From contig JAFRKN010000003.1 of assembly GCA_017431725.1 (NCBI GenBank), positions 25,912 to 89,911 of the forward strand: a stretch of 64,000 bases of DNA, in the 5' to 3' direction. The stretch's first letter is position 1. Each line of letters starts with the position of its first letter. Under the pieces are notes generated by a model that did no database searches, was not told the origin of the DNA, and saw nothing but the letters and a program-made list of their open reading frames with translations. Of this stretch, positions 47,976 to 58,582 are shown one piece after another. The position numbers were made by a program, and so were the translations under genes. Origin of the DNA: Candidatus Saccharimonadota bacterium. GTDB taxonomy: Bacteria > Patescibacteriota > Saccharimonadia > Saccharimonadales > Saccharimonadaceae.

Positions 47976-49392
47976 TGCCAAAATCATCATAAGTTATCAT
48001 CAACGCCCTAGAATCCACCGACCTTAGATTCTCTAGCGCCACCGTCACCACAATGAGAAGTCCAGTTCCAGAAATCGAGAGACCAATCGGCGCGCCAGTC
48101 ACTAATATAAATATATAATCTGTAATGAAAGGAAGCATCGCCACCAAACCTAAAGCTAGCGCTCCAAATAAATCCAATCTGTTTACCACTTTCCCAAGAT
48201 ACTTAGCTGTTGCAATACCAGGCCTCACTCCCTCTATAAAACCGCCCTGTTTTTGCAAATTGTCTGCAATTTCTTTCGTATTGAAAATAATCGACGTATA
48301 GAAATAAGTAAACGCAAAAACTAAGATAAAATATAAAGCCGGATAAACAAACCATTGTCCAGTGATACCATCTGGATAAATAGCTGAAAAATTACTGGCC
48401 GACGGAGCCGAAAAAACCGTCACTAACGATTCGCCCAGCTCATTACCAGGATTCACTGTTGAAATCACTTGCCCAATTAATGCCGGAAGCGACAAAAAAG
48501 CTGTTGCAAAAATTACTGGGATTACTCCAGCTGCAATCATTTTAATTGGTAAAATCGATTTAATTCCGCCATAAGATGAATTACCATGTACTCTTTTTGC
48601 ATAATTAATTGTAATAATTCTTTGCGCCTCATTCATTTTGACCAAGAAATATACTACCCCTAGCATAGCCACCGTAAAACCTAATACTATCCAAAAAATG
48701 GTTGGATTGACTGGAATATCTAACCAACCAAACAAACTCAAACTTCCTCCGCTTGTATCAAATAAGGCCGAACCTAACGATGCCATAGTAGTAGGTAGTT
48801 GTGAAATAATCGAAGCGAAAATTAATGTCGAGATACCATTGCCAATACCCTGCTCTGTTATTAATTCACCCATCCACATCAAAACAATCGAACCAGCAGT
48901 CATAGCTGTAACCGAAAGCGCCCAATCACCTGCCGTTGGCACAAAATCAGTTGCAATGTTTGCCGCCACAGTTGACTTATAAAGTATAAATATATATGCA
49001 ATTGATTGCACCACCGCCAAAGGCACCGTTAACATCCTAGTCCATTGATTTATTTTCCGTCGACCACTTTCGCCATCATTGGACAATTCTTCGAGCGATG
49101 GAATAGCCTTAGTTAAAAGCTGGACAACAATCGAACCAGTAATATATGGCGAAAGTCCCACCAAAATAATACTAAACGAAGCTAATCCCCCACCCGAAAT
49201 TAAATTCAAAAAACTCGAAAAATCAGATTTTTCTAATAGGTTTGAAACAGCCTCCCTAAAAGTCGCTGCATCCCCCATTGGCACCGGAATTTGTGCAAGC
49301 AAACGATATGCCAAAATAATACCAAAAATAGTCAGTACTTTCTTCAGCATATCTTTATTTTTTAGGGATTTGAAAATCGTCTTAAAATGCAT
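47959..49392 (-). CDS. secY: Preprotein translocase SecY
   Basis: GLSPYITGSIVVQLL, GIGNGIS, LQKQGGFIEGVRPG, ISGTGLLIVV. Confidence 0.98.
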   Translation of the reverse strand: MHFKTIFKSLKNKDMLKKVLTIFGIILAYRLLAQIPVPMGDAATFREAVSNLLEKSDFSSFLNLISGGGLASFSIILVGLSPYITGSIVVQLLTKAIPSLEELSNDGESGRRKINQWTRMLTVPLAVVQSIAYIFILYKSTVAANIATDFVPTAGDWALSVTAMTAGSIVLMWMGELITEQGIGNGISTLIFASIISQLPTTMASLGSALFDTSGGSLSLFGWLDIPVNPTIFWIVLGFTVAMLGVVYFLVKMNEAQRIITINYAKRVHGNSSYGGIKSILPIKMIAAGVIPVIFATAFLSLPALIGQVISTVNPGNELGESLVTVFSAPSASNFSAIYPDGITGQWFVYPALYFILVFAFTYFYTSIIFNTKEIADNLQKQGGFIEGVRPGIATAKYLGKVVNRLDLFGALALGLVAMLPFITDYIFILVTGAPIGLSISGTGLLIVVTVALENLRSVDSRALMITYDDFGNELKN

Positions 49393-49484
49393 AATACCTC
49401 TTAATGACTATATATAATAATATCACACAGCCTAACAAAAAACAACTAGAATAGCTTCAGAAGAAGCTATTCTAAATATTTTAA

Positions 49485-52400
49485 TTACAGATTTTCTAAA
49501 TCTTCCTCTGTTGGAATTTTAGAATCCGGAGTTTCAAAATTTGCAATTGGCGCTATTCCAGTCCCCACTGGTATCTTTCGTCCAATAATCACATTTTCTT
49601 TCAATCCTTTCAATCTATCCACTCGCCCATTTATCGCTGCGTTAATCAAAACTCGCGTTGTATCTTGGAACGAAGCTGCCGACAAGAAAGAATCCGAGAA
49701 AATAGATACTTTTGTAATACCTAACAAAAGATTAGTATAGGTAGCTGGTTTTTTACCGAGTTCTTCTAGCTCTTTATTTTGTAGCGTCACCGAAGCTCTG
49801 GATGTAATATCACCAGAAACAAACTCCGAATCACCTGGTTCTTTAATTTGCACTCTAGAGAACATTTGCCTTACCAAAATTTCCAAATGCTTTGGTGAAA
49901 TCTCATGCCCTTGTGCAGCATACACATTCAACACATCATTCATGATATAACGTTCAGTTGCCTCAATTCCTTTAAATTTCAACAAATCTTGCAAATTTAA
50001 GGAGCCTGTCGTTAATCGATCACCAGCCTTTATTGAATCATTTGGTTTTACTACCATTTCAGCATCACCAGGAATTTCTATTCTAATTGGAGAAATTGCT
50101 GAAGCTACAAGAATAATTGCATCTTTTACTAATTCAACCACGCCGTCATGAGCAGCCTTAACTGCAGCTTTTTCGCCACTCTTTTTTATTAACACCGCTC
50201 CAGCCTTCACACTATCACCATCTTTTACTGCTGGCTTACGATTATCCAGCTCAATCCTTTCAATCGTCCCAGACTGAGGAGTAATTTGCACTACATAATG
50301 GCCATTATCTTCCCATAAATCAACCACACCATCAATTGGCGAAACATAAGCTTGACCTTTCGGTGTTCTTGCTTCCAAAAGCTCTTCTACACGCGGCAAA
50401 CCTCGAGCAATCGCACCCGAACCTGCTACACCAGAACCGTGTTTCGTATCAAGTGTCAACTGTGTACCTGGCTCGCCAAGCGACTGTGCTGCAATCACCC
50501 CAACCGGCTCATTTGCTGCTACCAGCTCCCTCGTTGACATGTCTACCCCATAAGCTTTACGCGGAATTCCATCTACAGCTGTAGTAGAAAGAATGGACTG
50601 GATTTTTACTGCTTCAATTTTTTCATCAGCTTCAATCTGCGCAGCCATTTCTCTAGTGATAAGCTCGTCTGCCTCAAGATATCCTGGCACAGCCTCAGCC
50701 GTCCAACGTCCAGCAATTCTTGCGCTAAAACCAATTCCAGAAAGTTCCGTTTCGTTACGATAAACCGTAAAACCTGGATCTTCCGCTTCTTCATCAGTCG
50801 TAAATACGTCCTGCGAAACGTCCACTAAACGACGTGTAAGATAACCGGAATCCGCTGTTCGAAGCGCTGTCGAAACCTGCCCCTGTCGTGCACCTCGAGT
50901 CGCAATAAACGATTCCAAAGTATTTAAACCTTTCTTATAAGAAGATTTTACTGGCAACTCAATCTCGTTATTGTTGATATCAACCATGATGCCAATCTCT
51001 GCTGAAGCAAGTTTAATATTAGAAATATTACCACGTGCACCAGAGTTCACCATTACTGCGATATCAGTATCCATCTCTGATAATTTACTCTGCAGAAAAT
51101 CAGAAATCTTTTTATCAATATCTCGCCAGTTTGCAATAGTTAGTTTATAACGTTCTTCTTCAGTCACTAAACCATCATTAAACTGTTTCTGAATAAGTGC
51201 AGTTTTGGCATCGCCCTCTGCAATAAAATCATCAATCTCATCATAAGTCGGATAATCATCTTTTGCGGTTGAAATTGAAGCAATCGTTTCATATTCAAAA
51301 GCTAAATCTTTCAAAGCATCAGCAGTTTTTACCATCACTTCTGAACCATAAAGATCAAAGATGTCTGCCATCACTTTCGATAAATGTTTCTTAGTTTGCA
51401 CAGAATTATCATACGGATAATCAGCTGGCAAAATCTCGTTAAAAATCACTCGGCCTAAAGTAGTATTTCTAATTTCTTTCTTAGCAAAAACTCTAATCGG
51501 TGTCTGAAGTGCAATTATTCCTTGGTCATAAGCCATCTCTGCTTCATAAACCGAAGAAAAGGCTTTTGGCTCACCTTGGTCCGTACCTGGCTTATCATAA
51601 GTCAAATAATAAGTTCCTAACACTACATCCTGATAAATAGCGAGGACCGGTGAACCATCTGCCGGCTTTAAAAGATTTTTACTGGCAGACATTAATTCTT
51701 TCGCTTCTGCTTGGGCTGCTTCAGAAAGCGGTAGATGCACTGCCATCTGATCACCATCATAATCAGCATTAAAACCAGAAGCTACTAACGGATGAAGTTT
51801 AATAGCTTTACCCTCGATTAATCTTGGTTGAAAAGCCTGAACCGATAAACGATGAAGCGACGGAGCCCGGTTTAGTAAAACATATTTACCTTTAATTACT
51901 TCATCAAGTGCATCCCAAACTACAGTTTCTTTAGATTCTATCAATCTCGAAGCCGCTCTAATATTATTAGCATGTTCATTACCAATCAACCATGAAATTA
52001 CAAAAGGCTTAAAAAGTTCTAACGCCATTTGTTTTGGCAAACCACATTCATTTAACTTAAGTTCCGGACCCACCACAATTACTGAACGCCCAGAATAGTC
52101 AACTCGTTTACCCAGCAAATTTTGACGGAATCGGCCTTGTTTCCCCTTTAACAAATCAGATAATGATTTTAATTTACGTCGCCCATTAGTCGAATTTGCC
52201 CCTCTAGAACCGTGCGCTGCCGAATTATCAATTAAAGCGTCTACCGCTTCTTGCAACATCCGCATTTCATTACGACAAATCACTTCCGGAGCATTGAGAT
52301 CAATTAATTTCTTCAAACGATTATTTCGATTAATTACTCGACGGTAAAGATCGTTTAAATCAGAAGTGGCGAATCTACCACCAGGCAATGCAATCATCGG

Positions 52401-53318
52401 TCGAAGATCTGGAGGAATTACCGGAATAACTGTTAAAATTAAATCCACTGGCCGAATTCCTGCTGCCTGCATCCCCTCCAAAGTTTTTAATCTTTTCTGT
52501 ATTTTCTTTTCTTTTTGACCTTTAGCTTCCGCTTCTTCCTCACGAAGTTTTTTCACTAATTGTTCTAAGTCAACTTCGTCCAACATCTTTTTAATTGCCG
52601 TCGCCCCCATTTCAACCGTAATTAAATCCTCATATTCTTCTGGCAAATTACGATAATCGACTTCCGTGATTACTCCGCCTTTTTTAAAAGATTCTAAAAT
52701 CGCTTTACGCGAAAGATAGCTAGCGTCTAGCTCCTCTAATTCCTTAGTCTGAGCCTCCGCCAAGGCTTTAACGTCTGCATTTTCATCTTTAGCTTCTTTT
52801 TCATAACGAATTTTGATAGCTTCTCTAGCCGCAACAGTTTGGCTTTCGAGGTTTTCAAGCGTCTTTGCAATTTCCTCATCTTTTGCATCAGTAATTAAAT
52901 AAGTGGCAAAATAAACTACTTTTTCAATATTTTTAACTGTAATATCCAAGAGCAAACTAAGAGCTGAAGGAATCCCTCTCATGAACCAAATATGCGCAAC
53001 CGGAGCCGCCAAAGCAATATGACCCATCCTTTCACGCCGCGTAATCGACTTAGTGACTAAATTTCCTTCTTTATCAACTGCCGCTTCCCTAGAACGCACG
53101 CCTTTAAGTTTAGAATCGTGCGGATTAATATCCTTGGTCGGCCCAAAAATTCTCTCGCAAAACAAACCATCTCGTTCCGGCTTTTGGGTTCGATAGTTAA
53201 TCGTTTCTGGCTTTGTTACTTCACCATAACTCCAATTCAAAATATCATCACGGCTTGCCACCGTTAATCTTATTGAATCAAAGTCCGAAGCACTAATGAA
53301 ATTATCCATCCACGCCAT
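49485..53318 (-). CDS. rpoC: RNA polymerase beta-prime subunit
   Basis: WSYGEVTKPETINYRT, GLFCERIFGP, NADYDGDQMAVH; start reassigned to ATG 53318 after a GAGGAG SD. Confidence 0.98.
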   Translation of the reverse strand: MAWMDNFISASDFDSIRLTVASRDDILNWSYGEVTKPETINYRTQKPERDGLFCERIFGPTKDINPHDSKLKGVRSREAAVDKEGNLVTKSITRRERMGHIALAAPVAHIWFMRGIPSALSLLLDITVKNIEKVVYFATYLITDAKDEEIAKTLENLESQTVAAREAIKIRYEKEAKDENADVKALAEAQTKELEELDASYLSRKAILESFKKGGVITEVDYRNLPEEYEDLITVEMGATAIKKMLDEVDLEQLVKKLREEEAEAKGQKEKKIQKRLKTLEGMQAAGIRPVDLILTVIPVIPPDLRPMIALPGGRFATSDLNDLYRRVINRNNRLKKLIDLNAPEVICRNEMRMLQEAVDALIDNSAAHGSRGANSTNGRRKLKSLSDLLKGKQGRFRQNLLGKRVDYSGRSVIVVGPELKLNECGLPKQMALELFKPFVISWLIGNEHANNIRAASRLIESKETVVWDALDEVIKGKYVLLNRAPSLHRLSVQAFQPRLIEGKAIKLHPLVASGFNADYDGDQMAVHLPLSEAAQAEAKELMSASKNLLKPADGSPVLAIYQDVVLGTYYLTYDKPGTDQGEPKAFSSVYEAEMAYDQGIIALQTPIRVFAKKEIRNTTLGRVIFNEILPADYPYDNSVQTKKHLSKVMADIFDLYGSEVMVKTADALKDLAFEYETIASISTAKDDYPTYDEIDDFIAEGDAKTALIQKQFNDGLVTEEERYKLTIANWRDIDKKISDFLQSKLSEMDTDIAVMVNSGARGNISNIKLASAEIGIMVDINNNEIELPVKSSYKKGLNTLESFIATRGARQGQVSTALRTADSGYLTRRLVDVSQDVFTTDEEAEDPGFTVYRNETELSGIGFSARIAGRWTAEAVPGYLEADELITREMAAQIEADEKIEAVKIQSILSTTAVDGIPRKAYGVDMSTRELVAANEPVGVIAAQSLGEPGTQLTLDTKHGSGVAGSGAIARGLPRVEELLEARTPKGQAYVSPIDGVVDLWEDNGHYVVQITPQSGTIERIELDNRKPAVKDGDSVKAGAVLIKKSGEKAAVKAAHDGVVELVKDAIILVASAISPIRIEIPGDAEMVVKPNDSIKAGDRLTTGSLNLQDLLKFKGIEATERYIMNDVLNVYAAQGHEISPKHLEILVRQMFSRVQIKEPGDSEFVSGDITSRASVTLQNKELEELGKKPATYTNLLLGITKVSIFSDSFLSAASFQDTTRVLINAAINGRVDRLKGLKENVIIGRKIPVGTGIAPIANFETPDSKIPTEEDLENL

Positions 53319-53319
53319 C

Positions 53320-56300
53320 TTAGAACTCCTCTCCGAGGTCGACCGTTCCATCATCGTCGCCCTCCGTTATTTCGATTCCTTCTTCAGCCATCATTGCTGC
53401 CGCCTCTTCCTCATCAAGGTCAACAATTTCTGGCTCGGTTTCCTTCTTATGTTGATCATAAATTGACTGATCGTCTTTCGACATCTCGATTTCTTTTGAA
53501 GTCTTTTCAATCACATCTCCCGCATCAGCAGATTCGCCATGATCCAACAGATCGACTTTCAAACCTAAGCCCTGAAGCTCTTTCACTAAAACATTAAAAC
53601 CTTCTGGAAGTTTCGGACCTTCAATTGGCTCATGTTTGATAATCGCTTCATAAGCTTTAGCTCGCCCATAAACATCATCAGATTTAATTGTTAACATTTC
53701 TTGCAATGTCGTAGCCGCACCATAAGCTTCGAGCGCCCAAACCTCCATTTCTCCAAATCTCTGACCACCATTCTGTGCTTTACCACCAAGTGGCTGTTGC
53801 GTCACCATTGTGTATGGTCCAGTCGAACGTGCATGGATCTTATCTTCAACCATATGATGAAGTTTCAAAATATGCATCACGCCAACCGAAGTTCTTTCAT
53901 TAAACGGCTCGCCAGTTAAACCATCGTATAACTGCACTCTACCATCTTCCGCATAACCAGCTTTTTTTAATTCGCTCGAAATAATTTCATCTGGCACCCC
54001 ATTAAACGAAGGTGTAGCCACTCTATAACCTAACGCCTTTGCTGCCATGCCAAGATGAGTTTCAAATAACTGTCCTAAATTCATACGGCTCGGCACACCC
54101 ATTGGTGAGAGTACTACATCAATCGGCGTCCCATCTGCCATAAATGGCATATCTTCCACTGGTAATACTCTCGAAACTACACCTTTATTACCATGCCTAC
54201 CAGCTAGCTTATCGCCAACGCCAATTTTTCTCATTTCTGCTACAAAAATTTTAATTTGCATCAACACACCAGCCTTTAATTCGTGCCCTTGTTCTCTTGT
54301 ATAAACTCGTACATCAACCACCTTACCAGTCGAAGAGCCATTCATCCTCACCGAAGTATCACGCACGTCTTTAGCCTTTTCGCCAAAGATTGCACGGAGT
54401 AATCTTTCTTCCGAAGATAATTCTTGCTCACCTTTTGGTGTAATTTTTCCCACTAAGATATCACCATTTTTAACTTCTGAACCTATCGTGACAATCCCAT
54501 CCTCACCTAAATGCCTCAATGAATGCTCCGAAACATTTGGAATATCTCGCGTTACTTGTTCGGGTCCAAGTTTAGTCTCCCGTACCTCAACATCAAAATC
54601 TTTAATATTTATAGATGTCAAAGTATCGTCTTCAACTAAACGATTCGAAATTACAATCGCATCATCCATATTATAACCACGCCAAGGCATAAATGCCACC
54701 AAAAGATCTTTACCTAATGCCAACTCACCATCGCAAATCGATGCTCCCTCAATTAAGGTGTCGCCTTTTTTAACTTTTTGACCCCTAGTCACTACGCATC
54801 TCTGATTGTAACAACGGTCATCATTAGTCTTTTCAAAATGTTGTAATTTGTATTCGATATCTCCACCCTTATCATAAGTCACTACTACCGATTCACCATC
54901 AGCTTTTTTCACTACGCCAGACCCCGTAGCCATAACTAATTGTGAAGTGTTTTTTGCAACTTCACGCTCAATGCCAGTTCCTACTATCGGATTATCATTC
55001 CTAAGTAGTGGTACGGCTTGCTTTTGCATAGCACAGGCCATGAGCGAGCGGTCAACCCGGTTCTTTTCCACGAATGGAATTAAACTTGCCGAAACCCCCA
55101 AAATCTCTTTATGTGCTGCATCAATATGTGTTACGTTCTTCGACTCAACCTGTGCCGGCGTTCCATGTACTCTTGCCGAAACCCAACTTTCTACAAATTT
55201 ACCATTTTTGTCTAGTTTTACGGATGCATCCGCAATTACCATATCATTTTCGGTATCCGCATCCATATAAACCACTTCGTCGGTCACTTTGCCATTTTTT
55301 ACTACACGATAAGGGGCCTCAATAAAACCATATTGATTAATTCTTGCATAAGTTGCAAAATTAAGAACCAATCCCACGTTTCCACCCTCTGGTGTTTCCA
55401 CCGTGCAAATTCTGCCATAATGCGTTGGATGAGCATCACGTACATCAAAACCGGCCCGCTCTCTAGTTAGACCACCTGGCCCCATCGAGCTCAAACGCCG
55501 TTTGTGTGCCAACTCAGAAAACGGATTTACTTCATCCATCAACTGAGAAAGCTGAGAGGTAGCAAAAAATTCTTTTACGGCTGCCACTACTGGCCGAGAA
55601 TTCAAAAGTTGTGAAGGGGTTACATCCTCAAGACTTGCCATTGACATTCTATCTAAAATATTACGCTGTAAACGAAGCATTCCTAAACGAAATTGACGTT
55701 GCACCAATTCACCAACCAATTTAACTCGCCGATTTGACAAAGAATCAATATCGTCCGCTGGCTCTTGAGTATTATTTAAGCGGATGATTTCGGAAATAAT
55801 TGCCACTATGTCATCAATTTGCAAAGTACGATGAGCCGGATCATTCGGCGTATCAAAATGTAATCTTCGATTTATTTTAAAACGTCCTACATTTGAATAA
55901 TCATAACGCTTTGGATCGAAAAAAGTCCTTTCAATCATTGATTTAGCATTCTCGACAGTTGCCAAGTCACCAGGTCGAAGCCGTCTATAAACTTCAAGCA
56001 ATGCTTCACCCTGAGAAGAAGTCGTATCTTTTTCTAAGGTGATATCAATGTAATTTTTTTCACCAGTATCAACTTTACTAAATTGATCTTTTATTTCGGA
56101 TTTTGAAAGACCTAAAGCTTTGAGAAAAGTCGTTACCGGAATTTTCCTCCGACGATCAATCTTGACATAAATAGCTCCATTGGCCGCCGTTTCAAATTCC
56201 AACCATGCTCCACGACCAGGAATAATCTTCGCGCCATAATAACGTTTCATCCCAATTGTCTCGGCATTAAAGAAAACTCCAGCCGAACGAATTAATTGTG

Positions 56301-56697
56301 AAACAATCACACGTTCAGTACCGTTAATAATGAAAGTTGCCCGTTCGGTCATCCATGGATAATCACCAAAATAAATATCCTGTTCTTTTTTCTCACCTGT
56401 AGCTTTATTTTCAAGCTCGACCAAAACATGAAGCGGTGCTTCATAAGTCACCAAATTATATTTAGCCTGTTTTTCAGACTCCTTTGGCTCCTTAAAATAA
56501 TAATCTTTAAATCGGAGCGAAAGCTTTTGACCAGTATAATCGTCAATTGGATTAAGTTCAGCAAAAACCTCTCGCAGTCCATTTTTGACAAAGTCTTCCC
56601 ACGAATCTTTTTGGTGCACAGTAAGATCCGGTATCGGAAGAGCTTGGTCACCTTCGGTGAAAAATACGCGTTCACCAGACTTCGGTTTTGTAACCAT
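53320..56697 (-). CDS. rpoB: RNA polymerase beta subunit
   Basis: ETPEGGNVGL, GDKLAGRHGNKG, GGQRFGEMEVWALE; acidic C-terminal tail. Confidence 0.98.
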   Translation of the reverse strand: MVTKPKSGERVFFTEGDQALPIPDLTVHQKDSWEDFVKNGLREVFAELNPIDDYTGQKLSLRFKDYYFKEPKESEKQAKYNLVTYEAPLHVLVELENKATGEKKEQDIYFGDYPWMTERATFIINGTERVIVSQLIRSAGVFFNAETIGMKRYYGAKIIPGRGAWLEFETAANGAIYVKIDRRRKIPVTTFLKALGLSKSEIKDQFSKVDTGEKNYIDITLEKDTTSSQGEALLEVYRRLRPGDLATVENAKSMIERTFFDPKRYDYSNVGRFKINRRLHFDTPNDPAHRTLQIDDIVAIISEIIRLNNTQEPADDIDSLSNRRVKLVGELVQRQFRLGMLRLQRNILDRMSMASLEDVTPSQLLNSRPVVAAVKEFFATSQLSQLMDEVNPFSELAHKRRLSSMGPGGLTRERAGFDVRDAHPTHYGRICTVETPEGGNVGLVLNFATYARINQYGFIEAPYRVVKNGKVTDEVVYMDADTENDMVIADASVKLDKNGKFVESWVSARVHGTPAQVESKNVTHIDAAHKEILGVSASLIPFVEKNRVDRSLMACAMQKQAVPLLRNDNPIVGTGIEREVAKNTSQLVMATGSGVVKKADGESVVVTYDKGGDIEYKLQHFEKTNDDRCYNQRCVVTRGQKVKKGDTLIEGASICDGELALGKDLLVAFMPWRGYNMDDAIVISNRLVEDDTLTSINIKDFDVEVRETKLGPEQVTRDIPNVSEHSLRHLGEDGIVTIGSEVKNGDILVGKITPKGEQELSSEERLLRAIFGEKAKDVRDTSVRMNGSSTGKVVDVRVYTREQGHELKAGVLMQIKIFVAEMRKIGVGDKLAGRHGNKGVVSRVLPVEDMPFMADGTPIDVVLSPMGVPSRMNLGQLFETHLGMAAKALGYRVATPSFNGVPDEIISSELKKAGYAEDGRVQLYDGLTGEPFNERTSVGVMHILKLHHMVEDKIHARSTGPYTMVTQQPLGGKAQNGGQRFGEMEVWALEAYGAATTLQEMLTIKSDDVYGRAKAYEAIIKHEPIEGPKLPEGFNVLVKELQGLGLKVDLLDHGESADAGDVIEKTSKEIEMSKDDQSIYDQHKKETEPEIVDLDEEEAAAMMAEEGIEITEGDDDGTVDLGEEF

Positions 56698-56851
56698 TCT
56701 ACCTCTTTTTATTAGTGTTATTAGTATCTCAGCGCTGAAGATTACTGCCCCATTTTCCCCCAGAAAGTCGCCAGCTTCCCTAAGTATTAAAAATAAGGCA
56801 CACTACTTCTTATATTCGAGTTTAACATATATGATAAATAAAATCAATACC

Positions 56852-56948
56852 AAAAAATCACCTCAACGGTGGGTGATTTTTTAGACATAGATAAGCTCTC
56901 AACGCATCTCTAAATTTTTACAAGCCGACTCGCAGTTAGTTAGCTTAT
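56852..56948 (-). ncRNA. Candidate small RNA between khpA and rpoB
   Basis: TTGACT-16-TATAAT (56981-56954), about 65 nt without a credible ORF, then terminator AAAAATCACC/GGTGATTTTT. rpoB has a separate promoter candidate (TTGATT-17-TAAACT). Confidence 0.45.
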
Positions 56949-56987
56949 GTTTAATTATACATAACTTTTTTCTTTAGTCAAGCATTT

Positions 56988-57416
56988 TTATATATCAAGA
57001 TCATCCAAATCTGCCAACTCTGCTCTAGTTTTTTCTGCCAATTCCGAAGATTGTTCTTCTTCGTTATCTTCTTCAATATTATCTTCCACTTCTTCTTCTG
57101 CGTCTATATCGCTATCCTTTTCTTCAACTTTCTTTTCGCGTATTTCTTTTTTCGCTCCACTCTCTTCTTCATCCGTATTTACAATTTTTAAATTATAACG
57201 CGCATCCTGCTTGGTCCCCAAAGCTCTCAATAATACTCTTATCGCTTGCGCTGTTACCCCGCGTTTGCCAATCACTCTTCCAACATCTTCCGGATCTACA
57301 GTGAGCGATAACAAAACGCCTTTTTCATCAATTTTTCGTTCAACTGCTACCTTTTCAGGATTATTGACTAAAGTTTTTACGATATATTCTACAAATTGCT
57401 GGTCAATAGTAGCCAT
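56988..57416 (-). CDS. khpA: KH-domain RNA-binding protein KhpA with acidic tail
   Basis: DVGRVIGKRGVTA (GxxG), downstream of rpsP. Confidence 0.9.
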   Translation of the reverse strand: MATIDQQFVEYIVKTLVNNPEKVAVERKIDEKGVLLSLTVDPEDVGRVIGKRGVTAQAIRVLLRALGTKQDARYNLKIVNTDEEESGAKKEIREKKVEEKDSDIDAEEEVEDNIEEDNEEEQSSELAEKTRAELADLDDLDI

Positions 57417-57485
57417 TTTTTCTCCTTAAAGTTAATTATGTTTTCATTATAGCACAAAAATAGCCCCACGATGGGACTATTTTTC

Positions 57486-57863
57486 TTAAGCTTCTGTTGA
57501 AGCTTCAGTAGAAGCCTCTTCGGCAGGAGCCCCCTCTGCTGGAACTTCTTTCGGCTGATTCTTGCGAAGTTTATCAGCATGTTTTGCTGTAGCTTTTTTA
57601 GCCGTAGATTCTTTGTACCATTTCGGCAATTTCACACCATTTTTCTTCAAAATAAACGCTACTCTGCTCGAAGGTTGAGCACCATTTTTTAAATATTTTT
57701 CCACCGCTTCTTTATTTAAAGTCAAAGCTTTAGTCGCGGGGTTATAGTTGCCGACCTCAGCCACCACACGTCCCGAAAGCGGATGACGCTGTGATTCTTG
57801 GACGACTATCCGGTACATTGGATAATGTGACCGGCCATTACGTTGCATGCGAATCGCTAGCAT
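57486..57863 (-). CDS. rpsP: 30S ribosomal protein S16
   Basis: MLAIRMQRNGR, YRIVV, GAQPS. Confidence 0.96.
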   Translation of the reverse strand: MLAIRMQRNGRSHYPMYRIVVQESQRHPLSGRVVAEVGNYNPATKALTLNKEAVEKYLKNGAQPSSRVAFILKKNGVKLPKWYKESTAKKATAKHADKLRKNQPKEVPAEGAPAEEASTEASTEA

Positions 57864-57957
57864 TTTTTCTCCTTAAAATTATTAATCCTTATCATTATAT
57901 CATAAATTTTAAAAATGAAAAGGGAACCATTTCTGGTCCCCATTTCCCCTTCTTAGA

Positions 57958-58470
57958 TTACTTTTTTCTCGCCTTCCTCGGCGGAAGATCTACTAAAGCC
58001 ACTGCTGGATATTTGACCGGATTTTCCTTATATCTTCGACAACGAGATCGATAACTTGCGATATCGTCACCGTTCCAAAGATGCGACCGCATCCACTTCA
58101 TGGATGCTGGTTTAATGCCACAAGCAAAGCAAAACATTTCATAAACACCATAATCGCGAGTAAACTGAAGTTCCAACTCCCTCACTCTACTTTCAAGCCG
58201 CCACAAACTTCCACCGAACTTTTGCTCAACGACATTCCAAACTTTAAATCTAGTCTGCTCATCCCGAGCGTTATCCAGCAAATCTTGACGACCAACATAT
58301 GGCCCCCAAGAAGTCAGCATTTGGTCACATACAGACCAATATACTGACGTTTTTTCTGTCGACATTGCCACCTCAACCTTAGATTTAGGCTTGGGCTTCT
58401 TAGACTCTTCCGAAAAAGACCAGAAACTAAGCTGACCGTCAACTTCAAGGTCTTTACTATTTTTAGGCAC
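57958..58470 (-). CDS. Hypothetical protein
   Basis: 170-aa ORF, GTG start, own promoter TTGACT-17-TATAAT (58549-58521). Confidence 0.6.
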   Translation of the reverse strand: MPKNSKDLEVDGQLSFWSFSEESKKPKPKSKVEVAMSTEKTSVYWSVCDQMLTSWGPYVGRQDLLDNARDEQTRFKVWNVVEQKFGGSLWRLESRVRELELQFTRDYGVYEMFCFACGIKPASMKWMRSHLWNGDDIASYRSRCRRYKENPVKYPAVALVDLPPRKARKK

Positions 58471-58582
58471 TCAGCCCACCCCCCTTTTTTTTAGTAATCT
58501 GATTTTAAGGTACTACCTTAATTATATCACACTTTATCAAAAAAGTCAAGCTTAAACCCTTATCTTAAGCCTGATTGTCTGC

